From an uncultured Verrucomicrobiae bacterium (lineage in GTDB: Bacteria; Verrucomicrobiota; Verrucomicrobiia; Chthoniobacterales; JAFAMB01), in NCBI GenBank assembly GCA_963782115.1, contig CAWAIK010000001.1, forward strand, positions 736,001-800,000: a stretch of DNA of 64,000 nucleotides. The letters are read 5' to 3'. Both the position numbers and the translations under genes were made by a program. Under the pieces are notes generated by a model that was not told the origin of the DNA, did no database searches, and saw nothing but the letters and a program-made list of their open reading frames with translations. Positions 63,003 to 64,000 of this stretch are shown piece by piece. Every line of letters begins with the position of its first letter. Position 1 is the stretch's first letter.

Positions 63003-63792
63003 CCCGAGAGAAATCGAACTGTTTCGGCGGTTGCTGCCGGCCGGGCGAGTGATTGAACTCACGGAATTGTTGGAACAAACAGGCATCGGATCTCATGAGC
63101 TACCGGTTTTCATTGAATGTCTTCAGCAATGTGGATTCGTTTTTCGCCGAACCGAAAAAACAATCGGCGTCGTCAAGGAGCCGGAATCCCTGCTTCCTGA
63201 GATGATCCTGGCGGGACTTCAGACAAGAACGATCGGTCGAGACGTTTTGATTTTTCGGGAAACGTCCTCCACGAATGATCGGGCCCGCCAAGCTGGTCTC
63301 GCCGGCGCCGGCGAAGGTCTCGTGATCTTCGCCGAAAGCCAGACCGGCGGCCGGGGGACTCGTGGCCGAAAATGGGTGTCAACCGCGGGCGCCGGCCTTT
63401 GGTTTTCGATTCTCCTCCGCACGCGATTCCCAGCCGGCCAATGGCCGCTGCTGGTCCAGATGGCCGCTGTCGCCTGTGCCGACGCCATCGAAAAATGGGT
63501 CGAGCAAACGGTGCGGATCAGGCCGCCCAATGATCTGATGCTGGGCGGCGGCAAGTTGGCTGGATTCCTGCTCGAAACATCCAGTACCTGGGATTTTCAA
63601 ATTCTGGGGATCGGGCTGAACGTGCGATCGGCGCCGGTCATTGAGGGGTATCCCACTGTCGCACTCGAACAGTTTACTCGAGATCGGGTCTCCAGGGCCG
63701 CCTTGGCGGCTGACCTGCTCAACCACCTCGAAGACTGGTATCTCAAAAAGCCGTTGGCAGAAATGTCCTCTGCGTTCGAGCGCCGCCTTTAA
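62995..63792 (+). CDS. birA: Biotin-protein ligase
   Basis: SSTND, AESQTGGRGTRGRKW, PNDL, KLAG.L.E, GIGLN. Confidence 0.92.
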   Translation: MRDPREIELFRRLLPAGRVIELTELLEQTGIGSHELPVFIECLQQCGFVFRRTEKTIGVVKEPESLLPEMILAGLQTRTIGRDVLIFRETSSTNDRARQAGLAGAGEGLVIFAESQTGGRGTRGRKWVSTAGAGLWFSILLRTRFPAGQWPLLVQMAAVACADAIEKWVEQTVRIRPPNDLMLGGGKLAGFLLETSSTWDFQILGIGLNVRSAPVIEGYPTVALEQFTRDRVSRAALAADLLNHLEDWYLKKPLAEMSSAFERRL

Positions 63793-64000
63793 GCGCACCT
63801 CGGGAATTTTTGGAAAAAGGTGCTTGGTGCCTACGACTTCGCCTTAATTTGTCTAGATTCGCGCCGCCGGGTTGGAAGGGAACATGCTATCACGGTTTAG
63901 CGCTTTGATTTAAATTAAAGAGGTCGTAGTTTTTCAGAGAAGTCGTAGTTTTGCCAGGGGCTAGGTATTCAAGCGTTCATAAATCATTAAGTGGGAGTTC

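Noticed and set aside
1..64000. CRISPR array, integron integrase, reverse transcriptase/DGR or retron
   Set aside because: No regularly spaced repeat-spacer array, no YADD-type RT ORF, and neither recombinase is recognisably IntI.

Overview
Bacterial window with two parts. The gene content and protein styles suggest a soil Verrucomicrobiota (Chthoniobacterales-like) genome, which is an inference. Bases ~1-54,200 are the right-hand portion of a large, decaying genomic island that ends at a frameshifted tyrosine integrase next to the 3' end of a tRNA-His(GTG) gene (54300-54372, minus). The other att site is not in the window. The 1-31 kb part holds many small orphan secreted or membrane genes, including a five-member secreted paralogue family with swapped signal peptides. 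It also has a small tyrosine recombinase with its own core-like site, an FRG pseudogene, an MTase-Mrr fusion and several recurring intergenic repeats. The 31-50 kb part is redox and metabolic cargo plus gene fragments. Seven complete insertion elements could be delimited by their ends: three IS5 copies (two as a tandem dimer), an IS701, an IS carrying a DUF4338/Mom-like passenger, a frameshift-type IS inserted exactly between the integrase's last codon and its stop, and a 4.5 kb four-gene TG...CA transposon (Cys/HTH protein, DDE transposase, ExeA-like ATPase, RepA/AAA_25-like ATPase with an origin-like palindrome). Bases 54.6-63.8 kb are intact core genes: a binding protein/CheA-like sensor kinase lacking CheW/CheY/CheX operon, phoBR-like genes, nadC and birA. 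All family assignments come from motif recognition by eye; no searches were run.
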